Shown here piece after piece: positions 11,700 to 24,672 of a stretch of DNA of 64,000 nt. Origin of the DNA: an uncultured Hormoscilla sp. (GTDB lineage Bacteria; Cyanobacteriota; Cyanobacteriia; Cyanobacteriales; Desertifilaceae). The DNA lies in the NCBI GenBank assembly GCA_963921275.4, contig OZ001293.3, forward strand, positions 3,456,001 to 3,520,000, given 5' to 3'. A program made the position numbers and the translations under genes. The notes under the pieces were generated by a model. It was not told the DNA's origin. It saw only the letters and a program-made list of their open reading frames with translations, and did not search any database. How positions within the stretch are numbered: position 1 is the first letter of the stretch; the number at the start of each line of letters is the position of its first letter.

Positions 11700-12572
11700 G
11701 GGCGTGTCATCAATTAAGCCATATTACAGCTGCCGCGAGGTAGATGGCACCCAAGAAATTGCGAGCCGTTTTATCGTAGCGTGTCGCCAGAGCCCTGTAT
11801 TGCTTGAGTTTTTGGAATAGATTTTCAATTAGATGCCGCCACTTGTACATTTCTTCATCGTATTCTCTGTGTTCTGTGCGGTTACTTTTTGGAGGAATGA
11901 CAGCCATCCAATCCGTCTCTTTCAGGCGCTCGAGCACACGTTGTTCCGCATCATAGGCTTTATCTGCAAGCAGCGCGCCAATCTCACCGATTTTATCCAA
12001 TAGCACGTCAGCGCCTTTCCCGTCGTGGGCTTGGCCAGGGGTAAGATGAAATCCTGTGGGATTGCCTTGGGCAATCGCAAGTGGCATGAATCTTTGTCGA
12101 TAGTCCCCCTTTACTACGGCCTATGGCTTGGGTTTCGCACGTATCTGAGGGTGTTTTTTTTTGCACCCGCACGCTCGTTGATGGGCACGCAGGATGGTGG
12201 CATCAATCGCGGCGTATTCGTTATCGGCGTCTGAGGCCAAGACATCGAATACCTGCTTCCAAACTCCCTTTTCAGACCAACGGGTATGGCGGGTATGAAC
12301 AACCCGAAAATCCCCAAAACACTCCGGTAAATCCCGCCAGGGAATGCCAGCACGATATCGATATAACACGGCAGAACACGAATAATCTATTGTTCTTGGC
12401 TGTAGCGCCTGGGTCACCCTCTTTACCAGGTAAAAGGTGTTCGATCCGTTCCCACTGGTCGTCTCGCAAGCCATAGCGTCTCATATCATGCCCTCTTGAT
12501 TGTTATTGCTGGATAAGGACTCCATACCGTATCCATCTACTTCTGTCAAGCAATTTGATTGATGACACACCC
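11700..12572 (-). mobile_element. IS5-family element, copy 3
   Basis: Near-identical to copies 1 and 2, with TIRs and TA. Confidence 0.93.
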
Positions 12573-12574
12573 TA

Positions 12575-14843
12575 GCAGATGTTCGGAAGGTAAAAGCTTT
12601 TCCAGCGAAGCCCAGAAGATGGCAAAGAGGCATATTTGCGGCTTTGCTGTTGGCGGCGGTATTATCGAGCCCGATCGCCCACTCTATTACCCCAGAGAGT
12701 ATATCGGGCGGCACCCCCCGGGAACTCCCATCTAGAATCAGACTCAGTCCGGAAACTGCTGTTAAGTGTATAGCAGAAGAAGTCGAGCCAAAATTTGAAG
12801 GACAGTACGAGAATTACCTTGGGACCAACCTGGCAGAGAGATCCATGACCCCCGACCAGATGGCCGTCAAGCTGTCGCTTCTAGGTATCCAGACCGGCAA
12901 AAAGCCAGCAGTCATTTGGGTATTTCCCCAACCCGAACAGCTGAGACTCATGTTAAGCACCCCTGGCAGCAAACCAGCTGCCTGGAACATCCCACGCGCT
13001 AATCCCCGAGCTCTACTACGGGAAGTTAACAGGTTGCGCCGTGCAGTCGCCAATCCCAGAAAGATCAACACTAACGCCTACCTGCAACCAGCCCAGCAAC
13101 TATATCAATGGATGGTGGCCCCGATCGCCGACAAACTGGAAGCTGAAAACATCGACACGCTACTGTTTTGCCTGGGAGATGGTCTGCGCACGCTACCACT
13201 GGCAGTATTGCATGATGGGGAGCATTTTCTGGTGGAAAAGTACAGCATCTCGCGCATCCCCGCTTTCAACCTGATTGAGACGGACTATGACCCGATTAAA
13301 AAATCACCGGTGCTGGCGATGGGAGCATCAGAATTTACCGAGATCAATCCCTTGCCAGCTGTGCCAATAGAATTAGAAACGATCGCCCAGGAACTAGGGC
13401 GTGTCATCAGTTAAGCCAGACGACAGAAGCAGCCAGATAAATCGCCCCTAAAAAGTTACGGGCTGTTTTATCATAACGGGTAGCAATAGCGCGATACTGC
13501 TTGAGTTTGGCAAAAAAGTTTTCAATTAGATGGCGAGCCTTGTAGAGGTGCTTGTCATAAGGATAAGGAACTTGGCGATTCACCTTGGAGGGAATGACCG
13601 CTGTGCAACCTTGAGCTTGGAGTTTTTGACGGACCCGCTCATCAGCATCATAAGCTTTATCTGCCAGGATTGCCTCAGCTTCAAGGTTTTCAAGGAGGAC
13701 ATCTGCGCCATCTTGATCGTGGGCTTGTCCTCCCGTCAAAAAGAAGCCTGTGGGATTCCCCAGAGCGTCACAAGTGGCATGAATCTTTGTACTTAATCCT
13801 CCTCGACTTCTACCAATGGCTTGAGCGTTACTCTCTCCACTCATTGTCCTCTCTGTCCTCCCCGGACTCTTTTTTTTGCGCCCCAGCACTGTGTTGATGC
13901 GCTCGCACGATTGTCGAATCAATCATCCCATACTCGTTATCTGCGTCTTGCGCCAACAGCTTGAATATCCTTTCCCACACTCCACTTTTATTCCATCGGC
14001 TAAATCTTGTATGTACTACTCGAAAATCTCCAAACCTTTCAGGTAGGTCTCTCCACGGGATTCCCGCTCTATATCGATACAACACTGCTTCAACAAACAG
14101 TCGATTATTTTTGGCCGTTCCTCCTACATGGCCGTCTCTCCCAGGTAGCAAATCCTTGATTTTTTCCCACTGGTCATCTCTAAGTGCATATCTACGCATT
14201 TTTCTCTGTGTTTCTCTCTCTTCGGTTTATCTATTCTATCCTTTCTTTCTCTAACTGATGACACGCCCTAGGGCAGGGGAAATTTTTCCTGAACCGAACC
14301 TTTACCCTAGAGAATCTCAAGGCCCAACTGGCCTCCCAGGACTATAAAATTGTTCACCTGGCCACCCATGCCGAGTTTAAACCCGGGGCCCCAAGCAACT
14401 CCTTTATTCAGTTTTGGGACAGTAAGCTGCAACTATCTCAAATGAGATCGATCGACTGGAACAAGAGGCCAGTCGAGTTATTAGTCATCAGTGCCTGTCA
14501 AACCGCCGTGGGCGATAAAAATGCCGAATTAGGCTTTGCCGGATTAGCGCTACAGGCCGGCGTTAAGTCAGCCATAGCCAGTCTTTGGCAAGTCAGCGAC
14601 GCCGGAACCCTAGCGCTGATGACAGAATTTTATCAACATTTACAGACAGCGCCCATCAAGGCAGAGGCCCTGCGGCAGGCTCAAATAGCCATGATCGAGG
14701 GTAAAGTCCGTCTGGAAGGGGGTGAGTTACGAGGTTCCAACCGGGGCCTGTCCCTGCCACCCGCACTGGTAAGGCTGGGGAACGAAAATCTAGGACATCC
14801 CTACTATTGGGCAGCCTTTACCATGATTAGTAGCCCCTGGTGA
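12575..14843 (+). pseudogene. CHAT-domain protein gene split by IS5 (5' end cut by IS5 copy 3)
   Basis: The reading frame joins across the IS at 13397-14268 (QEL|GQGKFFLN...HLATH...SAC...HPYYWA). Confidence 0.85.
13397..14268 (-). mobile_element. IS5-family element, apparently intact two-ORF transposase (13828-14199 and 13407-13922)
   Basis: TIRs GGGCGTGTCATCAG with TA duplication. A7G slippery run in the orfA/orfB overlap. IDSTIVRAH, CDALGNP and LADKAYD motifs. Confidence 0.92.
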
Positions 14844-14910
14844 GGAAATAAGTGCTCGCACTGTGGCTGCTTGACCGGAAAGTATTGGGTTGTGTTTGAA
14901 TTATATATTA

Positions 14911-15922
14911 ACTCAAGTTGCGACCTATAAAAATTGGATACAAAAAGCTATGATAAAGAGAATTATTTTCAACTCTAATCCCTTAGATGTAACAGCATGA
15001 ATTGACTTGGGAAACAAATTTGTGATTCGACTAAAACAGGTTTCAACTTGTTTTCTTGTTACTTTTTGTATATATTCAAAACAAGAATATTCTTTTCTTT
15101 TTGAGTTCTTTTTTCGCAAAGGTTTTAACATTATACTTGACGACTCTTTTAGTAAATCCTCTAATTGATAATCATTATAAGCTTTATCTCCATAAACTAT
15201 TGAATTTGATGGTAAGTCAAAGCCAAAAGATTGCAAAACTTTAACATCATTATAACTACCAGGATCTAGATAAAATTCTATTGGCTTTCCATTTTTGTTT
15301 ACCAACATATGAACTCTTAATCCATAAAAATAACGTTTTTTACTGGCAATATACCCTCGATATTCTTCCTTGTTATAAATTTGGCATCTATCAATCCTAA
15401 TATTATCACATACTGGCACCGGGAAACTATCAAGAATATATTCTTGACCCGGATTGAGCTCTTTAAATGTTTGAGCTATAACTTGGAAGAAAAACATCCA
15501 AATTGGTTCCTCAATATTGTGTAATCGACGATTGAACCTACTTTTACTTAACAGATTTTTTATATACTTGTGTTGGACCATAAATTGACAAGAGCGATCG
15601 TGGTGTCCTCCGAAAAAATATGCAGCAACTAATCCGACTGTCATCACTTCGGCATTGTTCATTTTTACTTGTGGATCTTCTTTTATATTTAACGCTTTTA
15701 GTAGCTCGTCACAAAGAACAAAAATTGTTGTAATCATATCTTCCATCATCTACATCCCCCAGCAATTAACTATTATTTTAGTACATTATAACCTATAAAC
15801 AGCCAACCCGCCGTATAGCACAAAAAAGATATAATTTTGTATCAAAAGCTACGAAATATTCCAAATATCTGTAAAGTCTAAGTGGGTAATTCATATTTTT
15901 TTTAATAGGTCGCAACTTAGGT
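14911..15922 (-). mobile_element. IS982-family element
   Basis: TIRs ACTCAAGTTGCGACCTAT / ATAGGTCGCAACTTAGGT, 7-bp TSD TATATTA. The empty site is visible in the duplicate near 6936-6946. Confidence 0.93.
14925..15749 (-). CDS. IS982 transposase
   Basis: LDSFPVPVC, YFYGLRVH, YGDKAY and RKQVET DDE motifs. Confidence 0.9.
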   Translation of the reverse strand: MMEDMITTIFVLCDELLKALNIKEDPQVKMNNAEVMTVGLVAAYFFGGHHDRSCQFMVQHKYIKNLLSKSRFNRRLHNIEEPIWMFFFQVIAQTFKELNPGQEYILDSFPVPVCDNIRIDRCQIYNKEEYRGYIASKKRYFYGLRVHMLVNKNGKPIEFYLDPGSYNDVKVLQSFGFDLPSNSIVYGDKAYNDYQLEDLLKESSSIMLKPLRKKNSKRKEYSCFEYIQKVTRKQVETCFSRITNLFPKSIHAVTSKGLELKIILFIIAFCIQFL

Positions 15923-16048
15923 TATATTAGAAGGAAAAAGTGCGAGCACTTTTTCCTATGACGAATTATGAAGTCATATGAGCAGAAAGTGCAAGGGGGA
16001 AGCTCCCCAGAGGGGGCCAGAAACTGTATAAAAGGAGGGATATTTAAC

Positions 16049-16870
16049 ATGGGGACATCAAACTATAAACAGTCAAGGGGTATCATTACCTTTATACTCT
16101 CAACGGCAGTGGCAGTGGCTGCGGGCTTGCCATCGCAGCTGCTGGCCCAGTCATACCCCGAACGGGTGGCAGTGAAATTTCCGAAAACGGAAGACAGAGG
16201 GGCAACTAGCGTAACAGCAGGGGGAGGGTCGCGCGGTGGCAACGAAGCTTGCGAACTGGCCCAGAACAAAAGGCCCCTGAGGGCGTTGATGCCGACATCG
16301 AATCCTGGGCGGGTGGAGGCTACGATCGACCCAAATCCAGCGATCTATGTACATGTTCCCAAAATGACAGATGAAGCAACTGTTATGGAGGGAGAATTTT
16401 TGGTAGCCGACGAACAGGGGAAGATAGTTTACCTGGCCGAGGTGGAACTGCCAGGGAACAACTCTGGCATATATAAACTGAACATCCCGAAAAAAGCGAC
16501 TCTGGAAATGGGTAAGGATTATCTGTGGCAGTTTGCCATCTATTGCGACCAAGTGGATCCTGCGCAGGATGCGTTTGTGGAAGGGCGGTTGCGACGCACG
16601 GAACTGAGTCCAGAACTGAATAGGCGGCTAGAAAAAGCTGAACCGGAACAGCGGGCTCAAATATATGCAGATGAGTCGATCTGGCACGAGACTCTGAAGC
16701 TGACGGAACAGTTGCGGAAGTCCGATCCAGGAGAATGGCAAGAGCTATTGAGCTCGGTAGAACATCTGCGAGAGGTAGCTTCCGAACCGTTGTTAGAATG
16801 CTCGGCACAACCATTGGCAAATGAGGCGGCTGTAGATGAGCCAGCAAAATTAATATGTGGGCAGTCTTAA
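16049..16870 (+). CDS. DUF928-family protein (start uncertain; ORF open from 15968)
   Basis: AGGGSRG...LRALMP...YLWQF...IWHETL. Typical position between CHAT and CHASE2 genes. Confidence 0.8.
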   Translation: MGTSNYKQSRGIITFILSTAVAVAAGLPSQLLAQSYPERVAVKFPKTEDRGATSVTAGGGSRGGNEACELAQNKRPLRALMPTSNPGRVEATIDPNPAIYVHVPKMTDEATVMEGEFLVADEQGKIVYLAEVELPGNNSGIYKLNIPKKATLEMGKDYLWQFAIYCDQVDPAQDAFVEGRLRRTELSPELNRRLEKAEPEQRAQIYADESIWHETLKLTEQLRKSDPGEWQELLSSVEHLREVASEPLLECSAQPLANEAAVDEPAKLICGQS

Positions 16871-19132
16871 AATCCAGTAGCGGCAGAGTAAGAGATTTTT
16901 TAATCGGTCTCAAGGGACCCGACAAGCCGTTTTGGTCAAACCGTTGTGTGTGGATTACTGCTCCGTCGGTGGCGGGAGCAGTAATCCTACTGCGCTTTGC
17001 AGGTCTATTGCAGATGCCGTGCTGGCATGTTTTCGATCGATATATGGGTTGGCGACCCCAAGCACCCCGGGACGACAGAATCGCGATCGTGGGCATAGAT
17101 GACGCCGACGTGCAAAAAATCGGGCAGGCGATTATTCCTGATGGTGTCTATGCCCAGTTACTGGGAAAATTGCAGGGGATGCAGCCCCGGGCGATCGGGC
17201 TAGATATCTATCGCGATATCCCAGTAGAACCAGGTCATCAGCAATTAGTCGAGATATTTGCTCAAAGCGATAAGATAGTTGGCATCCAGAAAGTGGTAGG
17301 GTCTAGTCCCCGGGAGGTGGTAGCGCCGCCTCCGGTGCTAAAGGAGAAGGGGCAGGTGGGTGCAAATGATTTGATAGTTGATGCAGATAGCAGGGTGCGG
17401 CGGGGCTATTTGTACATGACTAGCGGTGGAAAAACAGTTTTCAGCTTCGGGTTCTATCTGGCATTGCTCTATTTGGACGCAGAAGGGATTATCCCCGAGG
17501 ATCTCGATGGGGCAAGATTTAAGTTAGGCAAGCAGGTATTCGCTCCCTTTGAAGCCAATGACGGTGACTACGCGCGATCGGATGACCGTGGATTTCAGCT
17601 ATTGTTGAACTACCGGGGACCGAGCCAATATTTTGAGACAGTCTCTCTGACGGATATCCTAGAAGACAGGGTACCGCCGGATTGGGGGCGCGATCGGGTA
17701 ATCTTGATTGGCACAGTGGGGGAGAGTTTTAACGATTTGTTCTATACTCCCTACAGTGGCAGCGCCCTGATGCTGCCCAGACCGATGTCAGGAGTAGAGA
17801 TCCATGCTAATATTACCAGTCAAATTATCAGTGCCGCCCTAGACGATCGCCCTCTGTTCCAGAGTTGGTCAGAACCAATAGAGTGGCTGTGGATCCTGCT
17901 CTGGTCTTTTGCGGGTGCTAGCCTAACTTGGAACTTGCGCGGTAGCAGGCGGCTCCACTTACAAAGGGTGAGTGTGGGAATTATCTCGATCGGTGTACTG
18001 TGGGGTAGTACATATGGGGCTTTCTTGGCAGGCTGGTGGCTCCCAGTGGTGCCCCCCTTGGTCGCGATCGCTAGTTCGGCGATCGCCGTCACCAATTACA
18101 TTGCCAACAGCGCGGGAAAGATTCGCAAGACCTTTGGGCGTTACCTGACTGATGAAGTGGTGGCCAACTTGCTGGAAAACCCCGAAGGCTTGAAACTGGG
18201 CGGCGAACGTCGGAAAATAACTATCCTGACCTCTGATTTAAGGGGTTTCACCGCTACATCAGAACGATTGCCCCCCGAAGAGGTAGTAAAGATTCTCAAC
18301 TTCTATCTATCCCATATGGCAGATGCCATTACATCATACCAGGGAACGATCGATGAATTCATGGGATGGGATTTTGGTGCTCTTTGGTGCTCCCACCGCT
18401 AGAGAAGATGACCCACAGAGGGCGATCGCCTGTGCCATAGCCATGCAGTTAGCTATGGTCAAAGTGAACGAACAGATGAAAGAGTGGGGATATGCGCCTC
18501 TGCTCATGGGCATTGGCATCAATACTGGCAAAGTAGTGGTAGGAAATATTGGCTCCGAGAAGCGGACTAAGTACGGTGTAGTAGGCTCTCAGGTAAACTT
18601 GACTTACCGGATCGAATCCTATACTACCGGGGGACAAATTCTGATTTCCGAGCCAACTTTGCATGATGCAGATCCCTCTATTATTAATATTAATTCCGAA
18701 AAGCAGGTCAAACCGAAAGGGGTGAAGAATGAAATTACCATCTATGATATTGGCGGGATCGAGGGAGATTATAATCTGTTTTTGCCTCAGAAAGAAGAGG
18801 TGTTTAAATGTCTAGAGTCCGACTTAGCCCTGCAATACGCCTTTCTGGATGGCAAGAATGTCAGTGACACCAGCTTCTCAGGAAGTTTAGTCCAGCTTTC
18901 GGAATTGGGTGGTTTGGTGAAATGCGATCCAACAGGAGACCCTGTGGTTGTCTCTCCCATGTCTAATATAAAGCTCAATTTTGTTACCGCTCCCGGGTCT
19001 GTCAGCGAAGATATCTATGCTAAGGTCACGGAAAAAGAAGCGGAGGAGAAGGGCTATTTTTACATTTATTTCACCGCTAAACCTCCCGATATCCAGGCGA
19101 TGTTTGAGAAACTCTATAGATCTTTAAAGTAA
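16855..19132 (+). pseudogene. CHASE2-domain adenylate/guanylate cyclase, frameshift near 18365
   Basis: CHASE2 (PRAIGLDIYRD, GVEIHA), TM helices, SDLRGFT...DEFMG|GILVLFG...VGNIGSEKR split over two frames. Confidence 0.85.
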
Positions 19133-19206
19133 TGTTGCACAATTTACAGGGTGTGGTCAAAAGCAGTTGCATTAGTGGAGAATAATATCCTCTCCGGGTA
19201 ATTCAC

Positions 19207-19380
19207 AGCGAAGCCGAACCCTTGTATATAGAAGCCTTGCAGATGAGCAAACGCCTGTTGGGTGACGAACATCCCTCTGTGGCTAGCAGTCTGCATAATT
19301 TAGCAGTATTATTAATATGTACAGTATGTACAGGTCGTCCTGCTGAAGCCCTAGCAAGGATGACTGAAGCCACTCAAGTT
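19207..19380 (+). pseudogene. Tetratricopeptide-repeat gene fragment
   Basis: EAEPLYIEALQMSKRLLGDEHPSVASSLHNLA is a kinesin-light-chain-type TPR. Confidence 0.65.
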
Positions 19381-19908
19381 AGGATGAGAAGTACTGAAGG
19401 CAGAGATGGGAGTAAAAGAACTGAAGTCCGATGCGGAGTTACCGTGGGATGATGACGTGCGACTGCTAGAGCATCCCCTATTATTGGGGTGCCTGGGTAT
19501 GTCAGGGGGAGACGAAACCAATGGTGACTGGTCCTGATGGGGCGACATGAGCACTCAAACGCTTACTAGATAAGGCTTTGAGGCTAATTGGCTCCTACTT
19601 AATACAGTCGCCAATTGACCATTCTTTCATTTTTATGAAGCTCAAACCCTTATAAATACGTCGTCTGTCGGCTCAAAACAGCATGGATCTTGTTGGAGAT
19701 TATGGGCTGGAATCCTTACGCTCGTAAGGATTTCAGCAGGCATGTTGCCCCCCCAGTGACTGGTCAATTGTGAATTGTCAATTGTCAATTGTGAATGGAT
19801 GTATCCAGTCGGTAGGGGCACAGGGTCGCGCGTATCAATCAATTATCGTGTGATATCGTCAATTAACTCATGCCGAGCCCCTACCTGCATATGTACGCAC
19901 CCGCCCTT

Positions 19909-19995
19909 CGATGTCTCGGGAGAGCTCGATGTCTCCTGGGAGCGCTAATCGCACTACCCAGGAGACATCGTATTCGCACTACTCCCGAGACATCG
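19909..19995. repeat. Self-nested hairpin mini-elements
   Basis: A 44-bp inner copy (19927-19970) lies within the loop of an outer copy. Same family as 7690-7731. Confidence 0.8.
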
Positions 19996-20284
19996 TTGCC
20001 AGATGTCCAATGACATTCTTTATTGCCCCAAAAAGCGCAGTTTCTGATAGTCGGTTTTCAACCGACTTGAGCTATTAGCCTTTGGGTTTGAACCCTCGGT
20101 GTATCGTGGGTAATGCGATCGCGCTCCCACGATACACCGAAGGCGGGCCATGAGACAAATCGAGAATCTGTATTGACAGTAGGAATTTTCCATGCTAGAC
20201 CAGAGATAGCTCGGCTTGAGTAACAAGTACGGAAAGGCAGTATAGTATAATATTATAAGTTACGGGACATCTACGGATAAAGTT

Positions 20285-23123
20285 ATGTCAGTCAACCATA
20301 GTAACAAGCAACCAAAAAGCTCAAGCGCCAATAGTACCAAAGAGTTGGAAGAAATACTCACTAGCAGGATGGTTTGCGCTCGCCAGGAAGAGTCCACCCT
20401 AGAGTCCGGTGCCCCAGGGGATATCAGTAGCGATCGCATAGGGGAGAGTGAGGAACTGCTGATGAAGTTGCGGTCGGTGCTGCTACCGTCGGAAGTACCG
20501 GAACTGAGTTCAGAAATAGAGCAACTGCAACAGAGAGTGACAAGTATCGAACGTCAGATGCCAGATCCAGGTGAGTTAATCAAGATCATGGTGCCTCTGA
20601 TCGCTCAAACTCTCAGTCGCAAGCTAGTGGCATCAGAAGAAATGCTCCAGGTGTTTGCTTTCGCCCTCGACCAGATCATCGTCAAAAGAACCCAGCGGGA
20701 CAAAGGGGCCATGAGTGCAGCGATCGCCCCCTTAATGTCAGAAGCGATCGCCCGTAGCGTCAGAGCGGCCCCGAATGAAATCGCCCGGGCGATCGCGCCC
20801 GAAATTGCCAGAGCGATCGAGGAGCAAACGCGCCTAGACAAGGAAGCAATAGTGAGGGCCCTGGCCCCAATTATCGAGGCGGTCATAGATGATAAAATCC
20901 GGCAAGCGAAAGCGTTAATCGATCGGTCCCTGTCAGACTTTCTCAACCAGGAAATAGCCGCATATATCAGCAACGGGTCCGCCGAACTAGCCTCTGCGAT
21001 CGCTCCCGAACTGGCCAATGCTATTACTCAGCAGCACGAGCTGGACTCAGAGGCAATGGTAACAGCTATAGCTCCCATCATAGCAGGAGCGATCGGGCAA
21101 AGCATCCAGTCAGACAAGCAGTCAATAGATGCGGCACTATCCCCTGTCCCGCCATATCCGCATATATCAGCAACGGGTCCGCCGAGATAGGGCAGGCGAT
21201 CGCGCCAGAAATAGCCAACGCCATCAGGGAACAAACCCGCCTAGACAAACAAGCAATGGTGAATGCCATAACCCCCAGCGTAGAGTCATTAATAGAGACC
21301 AAAATAGCGGATATCAAGGAAGTAGCCCATCGGTCGGTAAAAGAAGTGCTAGGGTCGGCAATAACGGAATATATTAACAACTCACCAGAGCAACTAGCAG
21401 AGGCTATCGCCCCGAAACTGGCCAGGGCCGTCAAGAAGCAAAACCAGCTAGACTCAGAGGCAATGGTAACAGCATTATCTCCCATTATAGCAGGAATAAT
21501 TCAGCAGAGCATTCAATCAGATAGGCAAGCAATAGATGTAGTGCTATCCCCAGTTTTAAAAGATGGAATAGCGGAATATATTAAAGCCTATCCGAGAGAA
21601 GTAGTGCAGGCGATCGCTCCAGAAATATTTAAGGTAATTAGGGAGCCAAATCTGGTGGAACAAGAGGAGCTAGTGAAAACACTGTATCCGGTAATAGATA
21701 GAATGATTGAGAGCAGGACAAAAGAGGATAAACTGTCCATGGGTGCAGCTTTTGCCCCAGTCATACCGCCAGCAATATCCAAAAGGATCGAAGAAGAACC
21801 GGAAGAAATAGTGATGGCGATCGCGCCAGAAATAGCAACAGCGATCAAAGAGCAGATCAGACTAGAATACCCAGCAATGGCGTCCGCCCTCTATCCAGTA
21901 ATTCAACCCTCCCGAGAAGAGAGACTAGAAGCAGAGATGGTAGCGGGAATGCTAACAGCGATCCGCAGCTTTGTCAGCGAATACCTGCCCCAGTCAGAAC
22001 AGATTTCCGAGATAGATGAGATTAACTATGGCAAGAACAAAATTATCCTAGAAATGGCAGGATACTGCTACCTAGCAGTAGTCATTGATGGAGAACCATC
22101 GGGTCATTTCTATGACCCGATGCGGCAAACATTTTCCCAGATCGTCCAAAATCACAGTAAACCTATTCAGTCCTATGAAGGAGACCCCGATAGCATCCCT
22201 CAGCCAGTGCATCGACTCCTAGAAGGGTTAATGTCAACAGACCCAAGCGTAACAAAACGTAACAAATATCCTTGGGCGCTGATGACGATCGGTTTAGTCC
22301 TACTAGGAATAATTACCGTGCCCTGGGAATTTACGAACATCGCAATAGAGTCGATCGCCGTCTGGCGGCCCGAGTTACCGAAGCATTAGCAGCAGCGCCA
22401 GAGTTATCTATTTATCGCCTGGATGTGGGCGTGCATCGCGGGAAGGTGAAACTAACAGGACGAGTGCCTTCCGAGTATTTACTAAATAAAGCTGAAGAAA
22501 TCGCCCTGTCTTCTGCTGGCAAGCTAGAATTAGAAAACAACATCATCGCAGTGGAAATCCCCCCAGATCCGGTAGAGGTAGAACAGGAAGTGCGTCGAGT
22601 CGCCGCCACCCTTAATTAGATGGATAGCATTACCATTAGCGCTGAGTATCAAGGAGGTAAAGTTACAGTAACAGGAGAAGTAATTTTCAAAAGCGACGCC
22701 CAGAAAATTACGCAAGCATTTGAGCAAATACCCGGAGTCAAGTCGATCGCCAACAGGATCCAAGTCAAACCTCTGACGATCGCCACCAGACTTTACTTCG
22801 TCAAAGGTTCTGCGAAGATCAGACCCGTGGATGTAAGTATAAAAATCGCCCCCATCAATTCCTTGATGATGCGATATCCCCAAATGCATCTAAGGATCGT
22901 CGGTTATATAGATAATATCAAGGATTCTGGAGAAAAGCAACAATTAGCAAAGCAGCGGGCCTTGGGGGTGAAAAAGATCCTAGAGACTCAAGGCATCGAT
23001 CCCAAACGCCTGCAAGCAGTGGGCAAAACCCATTCCCCTTTAGATGTAGATAGTTCCGGGCCAGTCTGGTTGAGAAGGGCTGTAGTCTTTTATCCGATAA
23101 TCCCTGATGAAAACAAGCAATAA
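20285..23123 (+). pseudogene. Large membrane protein: AIAPEIA helical repeats, TM, BON domains and OmpA-like domain (three frameshifts)
   Basis: ORFs 20285-21190, 21256-22389, 22272-22619 and 22620-23123 form one architecture. BON (VKLTGRVP...NNI), OmpA (LRIVGY...RA...GIDPKRL). Confidence 0.8.
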
Positions 23124-23207
23124 TCAGCCCCTCTGGTTGCCAAGCGCAAAGGGTATGTTATCCTAGAATCAACAGGTGAATGCAGGTAGTTAGAGGCAGC
23201 AGCAAAT

Positions 23208-24600
23208 ATGGGGAATGATCGGCAAGAACCAGATAATATCGTCAATCCGCTGGCACAGTTGCAGCAGCTGATAGTTCCGGCGGAAATGTTTGAGTTTGAA
23301 AAAGAAATTAAACTACTGCAACAAAACCTTGCCAGGATAGAACAGAAGATTTATAATAGAAAAGAGTGGCTCTCGAACATGGAGAGTTTGATGGCTGAGA
23401 TGGTCAAAAGCCAAGTAGCCATTGAGGGTTCGGAAATTAAGAAGGCGATCGCATCCATAGTTGCAGAGGAGATATCCTCAAGAAAACAAGGAGATGAAAA
23501 GGGCGATCGCCCCCATGATAGCGGCTGTAATCAAAAAAAATGTGAGGGAGTACCCAGGAGAAATAGTAAAAGCTATCGGCCCAGAAATAGCAGGGGCCAT
23601 AGAGGCCAGTACGAGGCAAAATAAGGAGGAAATGGAGGCGGGAATAGCACCGCTAGTTAGCAGAGCAATAGGAGAGTATATCAAAGAATCGCCAGTCGAA
23701 ATAGTGCAGGCGATCGCGCCAGAAATAGCCAAGGCCGTGCAAGAGCAAAATCGGTTGGATCGGGAGGAAATGGTGAAAGTGCTGTCTCCCATGATCGATC
23801 AAATAATTCACAATAAGACCGAACAGGATAAAAAATCGATGAGTGCAGCGATCGCGCCAGTAATATCGCCAGCAATTACCCAACAGATAAAAGTGGCCCC
23901 AGAAGAAGTAGCAAATGCGATCATGCCAGAAATAGCAACAGCGGTGAAAAAGCAGATCAAACTGGAGCGCACGGCGATGATAGATGCCCTCTATCCCATA
24001 ATAGGGAATACAATCGGGAAATACATCGGCGAAACAATTCGGGACATCAATCGGAAGATAGAAAATGCCTTAACCCTAAAAGGGATAAAACGGAAGATCC
24101 GGGCGATCGGGTTAGCGCTAGCGGCATTAATTGCCCTCCCTTGGGGAATTCATCAATATCGCAATGGAGTCGATCGCCGCCAGGCCACCGTCGTTGCCGA
24201 TGCCTTAGCAGCAGCGCCGTCCCTATCAGTTTATCGCCTGCATGTGATAGTGGATCGCGGCACACTGAAGCTAACAGGAAGGGTACCTTCCGAGCATCTG
24301 TGCGGGCAAGCAGAAGCGATCGCCAGGGCCGCTGCACCCACCTTAGAGTTAGAAAATAACATCATTGCCGTGGAAGTCCCGCCAGATCCGAAGCAGACAG
24401 CAACAGAACTGCATCGAGTCACAATCATGCTCAATCAGATAGATGGCATTACCATTACCACTAAGTATGTAGACGGACAAGTAACAGTGACCGGAGTTGT
24501 AGTGGTTCAGAACCGAGGCCGAGAAGATAGTCCAAGCATTACAGCAAATACCCGGAGTTAAGTCTGCGATCGTCGATCTTTCGATCTCCACTCAGAGGTA
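23208..24600 (+). pseudogene. Paralogous AIAP-repeat/BON protein, frameshifted and internally deleted
   Basis: ORFs 23208-23624 and 23461-24561 are homologous to the upstream gene. The OmpA domain is absent. Confidence 0.75.
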
Positions 24601-24672
24601 GATTCAGATATACAAATATACTATACTCGTGATAGTATATCCGCTCGCGCCGGGAGCAACCAGTAGATAATC

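Noticed and set aside
6871..14843. CHAT duplicates as a diversity-generating retroelement TR/VR pair
   Set aside because: The differences are not adenine-specific, the repeat is about 650 bp, and there is no DGR RT nearby.
19380..19745. Possible ncRNA or IS200/IS605 end
   Set aside because: It looks like mobile-element debris, but I could not define ends, a TSD or a structure.
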